Shown here: in pieces, positions 51,074-64,000 of the stretch | Layout of the letters: every line of letters starts with the position of its first letter | Numbering within the stretch: position 1 is the stretch's first letter | Origin: Eledone cirrhosa | Taxonomy: Eukaryota | Direction: 5' to 3' | NCBI GenBank assembly: GCA_964016885.1 | Contig: OZ024744.1 | Location: 79,918,001-79,982,000, forward strand | Length of the DNA: 64,000 nt | The notes under the pieces: model-generated | Told to the model about the DNA's origin: nothing | Seen by the model: only the letters and a program-made list of their open reading frames with translations | The model's database searches: none | Position numbers and translations under genes: made by a program

Positions 51074-51570
51074 TACATACATACATACATACATACACAT
51101 ACTATATATATATATACATGTAGAAGATGGACGTTAAACAATGATGATGATGATGATGATGATATATATATATATATATATATATACACGCATAATTACG
51201 TGTATAGGTATGTAAAGAGAGAGAGAGGGTGTTGAAAGTATAGGGAAGAAAGAAAGAAGTAGATTTACCTTTGTGTATTTATAATCAACATGACAGAAGT
51301 CTACTAGAAGATTGTAGTAGTTTTGTACAACATGTCTCAGGAATTTATGAGGAACTAACATAATATATATTCCACATGTGGTTCATTTCCGTTTTTTATT
51401 ATTATTTGCCTTTCATCCTTACGGGGTCGATACAATAAAGTACCAGTAATGTATTGGGGGTAATTTCTGGCCTTGTGCCAAAAGTAGACACATTTATTAT
51501 TATATATATTATTATTTTTGTTATTATTTATTATTTTTTTTTTTTTTAGGGGGTTTCTTATTTTTTCCCC

Positions 51571-51876
51571 TCCCACAAATTTATAATATATAGGATCTAC
51601 AACAAATCGATCAAATCCTCATCGATCCAGTAGAAGAGAGAAGAACTTCTAGGTCCAAATCATAGAAAAATTAGATCTGATCAGATCCAAATATTATTCT
51701 TTTTTCTTTTTTTTTTTTTTTGCCTGAGGTGGAGAGGGGTGGGTATTTTTACCGTCCCACAAATTTATAATATATAGGATCTACAACAAATCGATCAAAT
51801 CATCATCGATCCAGTAGAAGAGAGAAGAAATTTTAGGTCCAAATCATAGAAAAATTAGATCTGATCAGATCCAAAT
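51571..51876. repeat. ~120-bp direct duplication (offset 184 bp)
   Basis: tcccacaaatttataat...agatctgatcagatccaaat at 51571 and 51755. Confidence 0.92.
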
Positions 51877-51974
51877 GTTAAATATTAAACCAGCTCTCCA
51901 CATGACCACTATGGTCATTCATAACACGGTTGTTCTTTTCTTTCTTTTTTGGTCGTTTTATAAAATAAATTTAC

Positions 51975-52260
51975 TTGTTGGTTCAGTTTTTCATAGTAAA
52001 CAGACGAAACAGATGTTGCGTCGCTTTGCTTCGCCAGTTGCTTTGCTGCTGTATGTGTTGTGTGCTATTACATGAATTCAAAGGGATGATGATGTTGCTG
52101 ATAGTAATGATGATGATGGTGGTGATGGTGGTGGTGGTGATCGTGATGATGGTGCTGTGCTGTGCAGTAGTGCTGCTGCTGCCTGGTGCCACTGTTGCTG
52201 CCGTCGAAGGGGCAGGGAGAAATGATTGACTTAAAAGACTTAAAAGTGTGTTGGAATGAC
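51975..52260 (-). other. Candidate upstream (5' UTR) exon of the host gene
   Basis: Non-TE, relatively GC/CpG-rich island ending at a minus-strand donor CAA|gtaaat (51975/51974), preceded by a long CT-rich tract; no ATG-initiated frame reaches the donor; 5' boundary unknown. Confidence 0.35.
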
Positions 52261-52929
52261 AGTGACAGAGAGAGAGAATGGACGGGAGAGGGAGATGGGT
52301 GGGGGAGGGGAGCGGGTGAGAGAGAGAGAGGAACAAACTAGAGAGAAAGGGGAATCAAATGAGAGAGAGGGGTGAACAAATGAGAGAGAGAGAGAGGAAA
52401 AAGAGAGAGTGGAGCAACAAGTGAGAGAGAAGGGGAGTGAGTGAAAGACACAGAGAGAGAGAGTTACAGAGTAAACAAGAGAAAAGGAATGACAGAGAGC
52501 GTTTAAGAGAAAGAGAGAGAAAGACAGGGAGTTAGAGTGACAAAGCGAACAAACGAGAGAGGGGGAAAGAGAAAGAAAGAGAGAAACGCAGTAACAGAGA
52601 GAGAGGGGGGAGTAAAAGGGCGAGAAAGAGAGTGAGGATAAGGAATAATGACGATAATGGCATCGAGCATTGTAGACAAGAAAGAAATCGATAATATTTT
52701 ATGAAATCTGCTATTTCTAAACAGCAAGCTAGAAGAATTAGAGAGAGAGAATGAGAGTGAGAGAGGGGGAAGAGAGACATGCTGAGAATGAGAGCGAGAG
52801 AACATGTTTGAAGAAAGCTTGAGAGTGAAATAATATATATATATATATAAAGAGGGGGGGGGGGGTTGTTTTGGTGTTTGTAATTTCTTTGGGGGGTTCA
52901 GTCTGTGTGTGTGTGAGAGAGAGTGTGCG

Positions 52930-52985
<56 letters not shown>

Positions 52986-53130
52986 TGAGTGTGAGAGAGA
53001 GAGAGTGCACGTGAGAGAGAGAGTGTGTGAGAGAGAGAGCGTGTGAGAGAGAGAGTGCACGTGAGAGAGAGAGAGAATGTGTGTGTGAGAGAGAGAGGGA
53101 GAATGTGTGAGATAGGGAGAGTGTGTGTGA
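52260..53130. repeat. (GA)n-rich polypurine tract
   Basis: Direct reading. Confidence 0.9.
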
Positions 53131-53384
53131 ACGCGCGCGTTTCCTTTTTCACCTTTCATTTTCACACAAGAAACAGGCAAAGCAGCAAAGTTAAGCCAGC
53201 ATATAAATGTGAACATTCACCTTCTTATTTTATATGATTCGATCATGGGAAAGGAGTGTAAGTTAGGTGTATTTGTGTGTGATTTCTGTTTGACGAAAAG
53301 GGGAATAGGTTTCCATTTAAACATTTACGTGCGTGTTTATACACACATACACACACACATTTCTATTTCAGATTCAACTCAGAA

Positions 53385-53415
<31 letters not shown>

Positions 53416-53423
53416 TCAAATCT

Positions 53424-53457
<34 letters not shown>

Positions 53458-53673
53458 AGATTTGAAAATATATATATATATATATATATATATTTGGAAA
53501 CTCTGCTTCGAAGAATCGAGACGTATCTGAGGACCTTGCGATTTCAAAGACAGGTTCGATCATTGCATCGATCGTGCCTCGAGCTGGTCGCCAGAAAAAC
53601 GATTGTAATATGTCTAATAAATTTTATTCGTCGCACCACTGATTCTCCGTTTCTTATGTGATATATATATATA

Positions 53674-53783
<110 letters not shown>

Positions 53784-53883
53784 TGTATGTATGTATGATC
53801 AAAATTTATTGAAGATCCGATAGAGACTGCACGTGTGTGTGAGAGAGTGTATATATATATACACACACACATACATACATACA

Positions 53884-53981
53884 CAGTGATCTAAAATATG
53901 TATACATACTTCAACACCATTCTAATAAATATTGCCTGTACAGGTAATCAAAGTGTGTATACATTTTGTGAGGACATCCTG
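53884..53981 (-). mobile_element. ~95-bp Tc1/mariner-type MITE
   Basis: Reverse-complement homolog of 57497-57591; TIR core atgtatacat/cactt; TA flank. Confidence 0.65.
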
Positions 53982-54739
53982 TATATATATATACACACAG
54001 GTACATGCTCTATTGGATCTCAAATAGATTTTGATCATATATATATGTGTGTATGTGTTCAGTATGAGTGACCAAAATCTATGAAAGCTCCAATAGAAGT
54101 ACATATTGATTGATTAGAGAAACAAAAATTGATTTCAATTTTTAAAAAATAATCAAAAGAAAATGTTTAATGGCTGATAGATCAATTCAAAATCATAGAA
54201 GATAGAAAATATATGCCAGGCTAAACAAATGGGAGAGAAAAGTAACTCATGCTAAATGTTACAGTAAAGACAATATCCAATTGAACTTTAATCAATAAAC
54301 ATACATACAATATGATTAACATACATACATCATTATCATCAATAGCAAAAATTATACATGCCATTTCCCCGCCGCCCACACACAGAAAAAAAAAAATTCC
54401 ACAAAAATTAAGAGAATGGATGAATCCGTATAACATACAAACTCCATACTTCCATATTTTTACACACTTGTTTGTGTAGGAGGTAATGGTAATTATATAG
54501 ATGCATACATATATGCAAATATACATAAATATATAATACATACATATATATATTATAAGAATATAGAATACATATATATATTATATAAATATAGAATACA
54601 TATATACATTATATAGTAATGCTGCTCCAGTCTTTTCACAAAGACATGATTACAACAACAACAAAAGAGGGAACTGCAACCCTATCCAATGGTGTAACCT
54701 CAAATCCAATCAAAAACATTTTTCTTTTTTAGCCATGAA

Positions 54740-57100
54740 CCTGGCAAAAGAGATAGAGAAAAACATCTTAGCCATCACCCAACACCATCCTTGCTGTCAC
54801 TAACACACAATCTCAAAACAAGCCCCCTGCAACAGTCAAAACCAGCCACAACACTAGCCTCCACAACACTAGCCTCCACATTTTTACTCAATAAACAAGG
54901 TATCAGCCTATCCATCAATGCACAGAAATGGAAGATCCAATTCATTGAGGATTGGGTTGGTATCCATCCATTTCACATCCCCTTCTTCATTCTTACTGAA
55001 ACCCACCTTGACAACTCCCACTTGGAGGCCGAAGTAAGAGTGGGGAATTTCACAACCATCCATGCGGATCGTGTTGGCAGAAGGAAGGGTGGAACTGCCA
55101 TTTTCCTGCATGATTCCTTTACAGCAGATGGTAACACAACATTCTCCAATGGCTACTGTGAATCAGTCACTGTGCACAACAAAGCAATGACCTGATATTA
55201 GTTGGGCTCTATAGGCCACCACAAACACCAATAATCTGCTTCAAAGAATGCCTCAACAGCATTAAATACTTTATTAAATAGTGCCATTCTAGCAACATAC
55301 TTTTGATGGGAGACTTTAATCTACCCTGTCGATTGGTCTACAAACAGTTTGAAACCAGACACCCCAACCTCAACCACTGACAAAGAAGCAGTCGAGTCAC
55401 TTCTTGACTTCATGAATGAGTTTTTCTTGTCCCAACTTGTCCTTGCACCAACAAGGCATCAGAAGAACATTCTGGATCTAGTGTTTAGTAACCACACTAA
55501 CACTATACATAATATTACAGTGGAAAAAAAGCCTTTTCTCAGACCATGACATGGTTCTTTGTAACCTGAGATTCCACCAGCCGAAAGCTAATCCTAGGGA
55601 TCTCTTTCCAACCCACCCATTTGATAACATGGATCTCTACAATGCCAACTGGAATGCAATTATGAACGAACTATCACATGTTGACTGGTCTTTTACACAC
55701 GCACACATTTCCACCAACATCAAAACATCTTGGCAGATCTTTGTAGACACTGTCACAAATATATGTACAAAACACACCCCCACCAAAACCTGTGAACAAA
55801 ACTAAGTGCAGAATCCCCCAAAACAGAAAAACAATTATCAGAAAAATAAAAAGAACAAACAAAAAAATTAACACACTAAAATACTGCCAACAGTAACACA
55901 CACATTCGACGGCTATCGCCCTGCTTGTATCAAAAAAATATAACCTCCAGCAATGCATGAAGACCATCATCAATAACCAGAGAAAGTTACTACAGTGGAT
56001 CAAATGTTTCCTGACAGACAGAACCCAACATGTTGTAGTTGAAGAAGTTAAATCAAGCCCTGCCAAAGTCAGCAGTGGCGTCCCACAAGGCACTGTGTTG
56101 GGCCTACTTCTTTTCACCATCTACATTAACGACATTGCTGACATCATCAAGCACAGCAACATAAGAATCTTTGCAGATGATTCCAAGCTCCAAAGGGTCA
56201 TCAATGAGGTGGGTGACCGGACTTGCCTTCAGTCAGACCTACTGGCTGTTATTCAATGGGCAGAAAATAATAATATGCTGTTGAATGAGGATAAGTTTGA
56301 ATTAATCCACTTTGGAAAAAAGGATGCCCTGAAACTACCATACTCTTTTCCTTCGGGTGAAACTCTGGTGGCATCCAATAACATCAGAGACCTGGGAGTA
56401 ATTGTGGACAACAACATAAGTTGGGCCACTCATATAAACAGCAAAGTTGACATGGCCCGCAGAATGTGTTCCTGGATTCTCAGAACCTTCCAGTCGAGAG
56501 ATATCCACACTGTTATCCTTCTCTTCTCCACTTTTGCCCGACCCCACCTTGAATGCTGTTGTCCACTGTGGTCACCCCACACGAAACAAAGTATCATGAA
56601 AGATCGATTACAAAAAAGATAGATGGCATGACAGGCTTTGACTATTGGAGTCGATTAGAAAAGCTCAACTTTTATTCTCCCCGTCACCATGAGCGCTACA
56701 TTATCTGTATGATGTGGAAAATATTCCATCAGCTTTGCCCAAATGATGTTGGCATCACCTTTAATGTACATCCAAGGCTTGGGCCCCGTGCTATCCACCC
56801 ATGACAAAACCTCACTCGCATCTCATAACAACAATATGGCACAATTATTTCACCTCAATTGGCCCTGCTCTCTTTAACATTACACCAAAACACATCAAAA
56901 CAGAAACAGACCCCATCAAATTCAAGAAGTCTTTGGACAAATTCCTTCAAGAAATCCCAGATATGCCTCCGTAAACAATAATTCTCTGCTTAAGTGGGCC
57001 ATGGTGCCCAAACCCTGATTTGTAAGACTTCGCCAGGTGGTGCTATTAAGTTAGACATGGCTCGGGCCAATACTGGCCAAAACCTATCAAAGTTATCAAT
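54740..57100 (+). mobile_element. CR1/L2-group LINE, internally deleted and disrupted (APE + RT)
   Basis: APE motifs LTETHL, DRVGRRKGGTAI, GDFNLP, LDLVFSN; RT motifs SGVPQGTVLG.LLF.IYINDI, IFADDSKL, DLGVIVD; RT N-half missing near 55960. Confidence 0.9.
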
Positions 57101-57415
57101 ATATATACATATATACATTATATAAATATAAAATACATACATACATTATATAAATATATACACATATATACATAATATAAATATAGAATACATATATACA
57201 TAATATAAATATAGAATACATATATACATAATATAAATATAGAATACATACATTATATAAATATAGAATACATACATTATATAAATATAGAATACATCAT
57301 CATCATCATCATCACCGTTTTACGTCCGTTCTTCCACGCTAGCATGGGTTAGACGGGTTGTCCTGTTGTGTGTAGTGTCTGGTCGGCTGACCATGCCTTG
57401 CTCAATACTTACATT

Positions 57416-57453
<38 letters not shown>

Positions 57454-57496
57454 CACCATTTTTTCCATGCTTACGTGTGTTGTACACACACACACA

Positions 57497-57591
57497 GAGG
57501 GTGTCCCAAAAAATGTATACATACTTTGATTACCTGTACAGGCAATATTTATTAGAATGCTGAAGTGTGTATACATTTTTGAGACACCCAG
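57497..57591 (+). mobile_element. ~95-bp Tc1/mariner-type MITE
   Basis: TIRs gggtgtcccaaaaaatgtatacatactt / aagtgtgtatacatttttgagacaccc, then TA. Confidence 0.7.
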
Positions 57592-58019
57592 TAACAGACA
57601 AATTTTAATAATATTAATTGTTTCTACTTTTGGCACAAGGCCAGCAATTTTGGGGAAGGGGAAAGTCAATTAAATCGACTCCAGTACATTACTGGTACTT
57701 TATTTTAGCAACCCTGTAAGGATGAAAGGCAAAGCTTAACCGGGTTTCTGATTTAGACACAAGGCCAACAATTTTGGTGGAAGGAAATTCATTTAAATCA
57801 ACCCCAGTACTTAACTGGTACTTTATTTTATCGACCCCAGAATACAAAGTCTGCTGTGGTGGGAGATTTGAATTCAGAACGTAGAAAGCCGTGACTATAT
57901 GCTGCAAAGCATTTTATGTGACGCTCTACTGATCCTGACTTCACCTAAATTCTAAGGCTGAGAAACACCATATGACTACAGAACATATGAAGCTTGCAGC
58001 CAGTTTAGCAGTGTACCAT

Positions 58020-58370
58020 TGTACTACTACCACCACCACCACTACCACCACTATCACTTTTAACACCACCACCACTACCATCACCATTATAACTACAACT
58101 AGTACCACCACCACTACTACTATCGCCTTTAACACCACCACCACTACCATTACCAACACCATTATAACTACTACTACTACTACTACTACCACCATCACCA
58201 TTACCACTATTACCATTATTATAACTACTACTACTATCACCATCACCATTATTACTACTACTACCATCAACATTACAACTATCATTACCACAGCCATTAC
58301 TACTGCTACCACCACTACTACTACTACTACTACTACAACTACTAACACCACCACCACCAATACAACTACA
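58020..58370. repeat. (ACT/ACC/ATT)n microsatellite
   Basis: Direct reading. Confidence 0.92.
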
Positions 58371-59114
58371 GTGTAATGGCAAACATTGCAATAATTAAAT
58401 TTGTTCTATGCTCAAATCTTGCCAAAAGCAATACAGGTAGATTTTTTTTTTGGCAGAATAATTACAGCTTCAAACAAACTGCCTAGTTGTATTTACTTAC
58501 ATCCTAGAGTTGTGAGTTCAATTCCTTCATTAGTCAACTTTGCCTTTTACCCTTCAGGTGTTGATAAGATAAAGTACTAGTCAAATGTTAGGGCAGATTT
58601 AACATTCCTATAAAACCTCCTAAGGCGGAAAATTGGCAGAGTGATTAGGACATCGAATAGAATGTTTTGTGGTATTTATTTTGGCTCTGTCCTCTCTGAG
58701 TTCAAATCCTTCCAAGGACAATTTTGCCTTTCATCCATTTGAAGTCGATAAAAAAAATTACCAGTCTAGTACTGGAGTTGATACTTCCTCTATATCTCTT
58801 TCCTACTGCGTTAGTCAAAAACAGTACCAGTTATATAATAGCTTTTCAGTCAATTAATAAGTTGATAAAAAATACCAGTCCAATACTGGGGTCATTTCTT
58901 CCTCTTTCTCACTTCTCTTTTGTGTCTTTATTTTTCTCCTCCTCTGGAAGAAATCGACCTAGAGAAGAGATGGGCTCCACCAGGTTTTAAAAATACCCAA
59001 GAAACACTGTATGACACTACGGCGCCCCTTATGACTCCATCAGAAGTTATGGGTTCATACCTACATACATATATATATTTGCTTTACTGATAGAAATGGT
59101 CAAGTGCTCACTAT

Positions 59115-59303
59115 AGAAATCTGGTGGTATCGGTAGAGCGTCAGACACCATGCTTTGCAGCATAGAGTTATGGCCCATTATGATCTGAGTTTAAATCCCG
59201 CTGAGGTTAACTTTGCCTTTCATCCTTACAGAGTCAATAAAATAAAGTACCAGTAATGTATTGGGATAATTGCTGGCCTTGTGCCAAAAGTAGAAACAAT
59301 TAT
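59115..59303 (+). mobile_element. SINE A copy
   Basis: Match to family consensus. Confidence 0.85.
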
Positions 59304-59329
59304 TAAGACTCAGTAACCAATATATTTCA

Positions 59330-59725
59330 AATAAAAGAGCCTGGAGATTCATCAAGCCACTACTTATTCCAGTTTCCGTGATGTTAATTGAATGTGAGTA
59401 CAAAGTTCCCCCCACCCACTGGACAGGACGGCAGTCCATTGCAGGGTTAAACCCCCAGCTATTGCTGGCACTCATTTTTAACTGAGCAACATGAAATGAA
59501 GTGTTTTGCTCAAGAACACAACACACAACCCAGCCCAGGAATCAAAACTATGACATTATAATCTCAAGTTCAACACCCTTACCACTTGGCCAAGTGCCTC
59601 CACTGAGTATACTGGAGCAACGTGAAATGAAGTGTTTTGCTCAAGAACACAACACACAACCCAGTCAAAACTACGACATTATAATTGTAAGTTTAACACC
59701 CTTACCACTAGGCCACATGCCTCCA
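59330..59725 (-). mobile_element. CORE-type SINE with duplicated head and a fourth tail type
   Basis: Two tandem heads (ggaggca..tggcc.agtggtaagggtgtt...ttcttgagcaaaacacttcatttca), then cctgcaatggactgccgtcctgtccag. Confidence 0.65.
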
Positions 59726-59860
59726 ATAGAAGAATGGATTAACAAAATTACCTTTCTATTGGTTCTGGAAGTAATTTCTTCATGGAATCACTCACTATTT
59801 CTTCTTGCTCTGAAATAGGAAATTACAAGATTTTTAAACTTCATAAATAAATTGGTTTAA

Positions 59861-60074
59861 CCATTTAGCATTTACATTACTCTATAAAAACTATTGTATT
59901 TGGACAGTAAACACTTTATTTCACATAATTATCTCTCATAATATCGAATCTATGAGATTTTGATATTTTGAGAACAATACCTTAACATCAGCATGAGTGG
60001 CCAGTTATGGCTGATTTGAACAGAATGAGATGAGAGAGTTCTGGCCGAATATGGCCAGTTTAGATGCTAAAGAG
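59861..60074. mobile_element. piggyBac-type MITE family P
   Basis: TTAA|ccatttagcattta...tagatgctaaagag|TTAA. Confidence 0.8.
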
Positions 60075-61708
60075 TTAAAATAAAATATGTAACAATTTTT
60101 TTCTTCTTTTCTTTAAGTTAAATGAAATATAAATAAAAAATTACTGTATATTTTCAAATATAAGCCAAGGTAATGACCAAAAAAAACCAATGGTAAAATG
60201 GGAGGGTGGGCTTATATATGCCATCTAAACAATGTGTTGATTACCTGCCTCAGTTTATAAATGGCCTTTGGATTTTTGTCTATTCCTCAGACATAAAATA
60301 GGTGAGGGGTACTTATATTCAAGTATATATAAGTTTCATGAATTGCTTTTAAATCTTTTGACACCAAACCACCAGAAACTACACCTTCATTCTGTTTTTA
60401 CTATATTTTTTATGAAAGACACTGCCTATGCCAAAGATTTTGAAAATAATCAAGAATTTTGTAAATGTACCTAACTTTCTTATTAATAAGCTGCAACTTA
60501 ACTTAAATTGAACTTGCATAAAGTTATGATGAAAAGATTTTTAGATAAATATAAGCATTTTAAAATAAACATTCCTGTATTATAGAATTAAGGGCGGTTT
60601 CAAACTATTTTGTAACGAGTCAAACCTTCCATTATAATTTTTTGACAAAAATTTTTATTAAGTTATGTTCCCAATACCAACTTAATAATTTTAAAATTAC
60701 TTATTTTACTATAGCTCTATAAATTCTTAATTACTTTCAACATTATTTGAAGATCTTAGGAATCACCATCATCATTATGTTGACTTTTCCATGCTGGCAT
60801 GGGATGGATGGAACTTTCTGAGGTAATGTTTTAGTTGTTTTTTATGATATGCAAAGATATGGTGTGCCTATTCTAAACTGGATACTCTCAGGGCTCTAAT
60901 AATCACCACCTCCCTTATTAATTTTTCAGGTTTTTTGCAACCCTCCCAATCGTATTCCAATCCACCTGCTTATTAAATTTTGCTAATTTATCTTCGGCGA
61001 AATTTTATTTTAAGTGGTAGCATTCCTGCGTCAATTTTCTTTAGATATTATCAAACATTATACATGACAAAAAAAAGTACATTACTAGAAATCTCATATG
61101 TTATAAAATAAACAGGGTGGGTTGGTTGGGCTCTCAATATGTAAACTAAACGACTAATTCGGTTTTTTTTTTTTTAAATCAAGACAACCTAAAAAAAATT
61201 ACCGATTCCCCCCCTCCCCATGCTTATTCACACATATCCTCCCAATATTTGGGATCCAAGAGTACACATGGCATCTGTAGGAATATGGTAATGAAAGGGA
61301 TAAATAGGTAGCAAATATTTTAAAGCTCTCATAATTATTTGTTTCATATCATCATCTGTCAGTCTCAGCAGAAATTGACTCAACAATTGATCTCCACGTG
61401 GGTCTGTCGTTCATTGTCATTGCTAAGTCCTGGATTTCAATACCAGAATTTCTGGAGATGACATTGGGATAGCAGAGCTTGCACCCCCTGTTGTTAGTGA
61501 CTGTTTGTGGTTTCCAGAGCACTAATGGGGACACAGCCTCAGAGGTAACACAATGGCAGTGACCAACAAATCTTACACTCCTTTTACGTACAATGACATA
61601 TGCATTGGAGGCCGGTATATATCTGAAAAACTCAGAATAATATTAATTCAAATCTTCTGAGCTGTTACTGTTGTTGTTTAGCCCTAAGCCAATGTTGATC
61701 CACATAGG

Positions 61709-62035
61709 ATCATTTTACGTCCGCTTTTCCCTGCTTGCAAGGGTGGGACGGGAACTGATTCTGGCTTGATTTCTACAGCTGGATGCCCTTCCTAACACCC
61801 ACCTCATTTACAGTGAGTGCTGGGTGCTTTTTTGCCGTGGCACCTACACGACCACTTTGCAGTGGAATGATAGGGACCCCAGTCCCTATCATCTCATTTC
61901 TACAGCTGAGTAAACTGGAGCAATGTGAAATAAAGTGTCTTGCTCAAGGAAACAACACATCACCCGGTCTGAGAATTGAACTCACAACCTTTCGATTGCA
62001 AGGCCAATGCTCTAACCACTAAGCCATATGCCTCC
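61709..62035 (-). mobile_element. CORE-type tRNA-SINE with RTE-derived tail
   Basis: Reverse complement of 47988-48326. Confidence 0.9.
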
Positions 62036-62230
62036 ATAGCCATGTGCCTCCATAGCCATTCCACTATGATCAGTCACAGTTTTTATTTTATTTTTTTTTC
62101 CAGATGGGATTATATTAAACCTGATAAAAACCACCCCTTCCCAAGTCTGATCACAACAGATTCCTTCCAGAGAGAGAGAGTGAGAGAAAGGAAATAAGAA
62201 AGAGATATAAAGGAAGAATCAACCCCAGCC

Positions 62231-62380
62231 TGGCTGTGTGGTTAACAACTTTGCCTTGCAATTAAGCAGTTCTAGGTTCAATATCACTTTGTCTTTAAGA
62301 AAAGAAGAAAAATTTTAGTGCAGAAAGATTGAACCTTAGAACCACTTAATTGCAAGGCAAAGGTGTTAACCACACAGCCA
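62231..62380. repeat. Inverted repeat whose ~52-bp arms are tRNA-like SINE heads
   Basis: tggctgtgtggttaacaactttgccttgcaattaagcagttctaggttcaat and its reverse complement ending gttaaccacacagcca. Confidence 0.8.
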
Positions 62381-63211
62381 TCCATGACTAAGGTCATGGC
62401 TAGTTCAAATCAATCGAGTGTTGGATAAAACTCTTTGTGATGTTTGTTCAAGTCAGCACCAATATTATCTTTTAACATCTTGTAATGATTTAGTTGAAAA
62501 CATCTAAATATTCTAACCATATGACCATAGTATCGGAGCTGTAATCTCTCAATTTGGAGAAGTAGCAGCTCTACCTTGAGTGATTCTCTCATCTCCGAGT
62601 TATGCAAACATTACTCTAAAGCGAATTGGCAAAGTCATTAAGACGTCAGATAGAATGCTTTATGGTATTCATCCCACCTCATTGCGCGCGCTGAGTTCAA
62701 ATCCCGTTGGGGTCAAATTTGTCTTTCATCCTTTCAAGGTTGATAAAAAAAGTACTAGTCCAGTACTGGGGTTGAAAAAAATCGGCTGTATTCAGACCTG
62801 AAGAGGGTTGGGCTCTGACAGGTTCAAAAGTTCCCTAGACACACCGACAGTACCTCTACGACTCCAAAAGGAGTTATGGGATCTTTATCCTTAATGTCTC
62901 AGAAAAGAATCACTGGACAGATTTACAGCCAAAACCAACCAGCAAGAAACCCAAGGGTAGACTCCCAAGCAAGATGGTTGGATAACATCCATGGGCTTAG
63001 CTGGTCCCACTGGGGGATCTAGGCGGATCAATTGGAGATGGTTGCTTCTGACAGGACCCACTGGAAGGAGTGTTTGAGGACTCTTCCTCAACGATGCTCT
63101 CAAGAATAAGTAGACGGAGTAGAAAAAGGAGAACGAGAAGAAGAAGGAGAGTCAAAGTGTTGTTCTGTACTTTTTAAGAATGTCTTCCTAATGTGGTTTC
63201 ATGTGGTTTAA

Positions 63212-63415
63212 CCCTTTAGCATTTACATTACTCTTTATTTACTATTCTATTTTCACGGTAAACACTTTATCTCACAAAATATTGAATCTACGAGATTTTA
63301 ATGTTATTTTGAGAACAATACTTTAACATCAGTATGAGCGGTCAGTTACAACCAGTTTGAGCAGAAAGAGATGAGAGAATTCTGGCCAGATACAGCTGGT
63401 TTAAATGCTAAAGGC
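63212..63415. mobile_element. piggyBac-type MITE family P (204 bp)
   Basis: TTAA|ccctttagcattta...taaatgctaaaggc|TTAA. Confidence 0.85.
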
Positions 63416-63444
63416 TTAATTCAAATGTTTATAGTATCTTTCAA

Positions 63445-63900
63445 TCAATCACATTGCCACAACTGGTGTAGTCTGTAGTTGGGATGCAATTCTAGACGCC
63501 TTCATAGTTATCCATCCCCATTGGTCTCCAGTCTCTGTCATACATAAAAGGGTCTTAGTGTCGTGATCAGTCCAGTCTTTGATGTTGACAAATCAGGATT
63601 TTTTTTCTGTTTGCCCCTCCTTCGCTCTCCCTCAACTGTGCCCTGGAGGATAGTTTTAGGCAAGGTGTTGTGGTGGGATACATGACCATACCGAACAAGC
63701 TTTCATCTCTTCACCATCGCAAGGAGTGATTCCAGTCTGCCAGCATATCTTTTAACTTGCTGCCTGACAAAGCTGTTTTATTTGGAATAAAACCATATGA
63801 AGCAGATGTTAAATGCCTGGATTTTTTGTTCCATGTCAGCTGTGAGGATCCAACTCTGACACTCATACAAAAGGAGCAAAGTCACCAAGGATTTGTATAC
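63445..63900 (-). mobile_element. BovB-like RTE LINE 3' fragment
   Basis: Reverse translation gives YGHVSHHNTLPKTILQGTVEGERRRGKQKKS, a typical RTE-BovB C-terminus. Confidence 0.7.
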
Positions 63901-64000
63901 TAGTAGATAAATCATTGTGAACATTTGCAGTAATAGAATAAAGACTTTAATATTTAATGTGATTCAGTCAAAGTGTTGTTTTGTACTTTTCAAGAATATC

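Noticed and set aside
53495-53670. CpG-rich TA-embedded segment with ctgagga and AATAAA (hammerhead or solo LTR)
   Set aside because: No GAAA partner and no clear LTR ends; family cannot be assigned by eye
60883-61264. TA-flanked MITE (tactct...agagta)
   Set aside because: TIR match too short and diverged, and no second copy in the window

Overview
Repeat-rich, AT-rich eukaryotic (animal) DNA. The SINE/LINE repertoire (CORE-type tRNA-SINEs, RTE-clade LINEs with (GAT)n tails, dense TA/CA/GA microsatellites) suggests an octopod cephalopod; this is an inference. The window appears to lie mostly in the introns of one minus-strand gene. Two phase-compatible coding exons (13743-13797 and 6450-7269) encode a Lys/Ser/Glu-rich disordered segment with tau/MAP-like 'VKS(K/T)(I/L)' motifs, and a possible non-coding upstream exon ends at 51975. 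The rest is transposon-derived or tandem repeat: a near full-length and several truncated RTE LINEs, CR1-group LINE fragments, two SINE superfamilies, piggyBac- and Tc1/mariner-type MITEs, Helitron-type elements, 44-bp and 48-bp minisatellite arrays, and many microsatellites that generate most of the spurious ORFs. Two signals stand out. First, several short foldback elements embedded in (TA)n tracts carry type I hammerhead-ribozyme cores (Penelope-like pLTR architecture), including a back-to-back double hammerhead at 21125-21238. Second, one CORE-SINE head is joined to four different 3' tails, two of which match LINEs present in this same window. No CRISPR array, rRNA or bona fide tRNA gene was found. 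Repeat boundaries were read by eye and are approximate.
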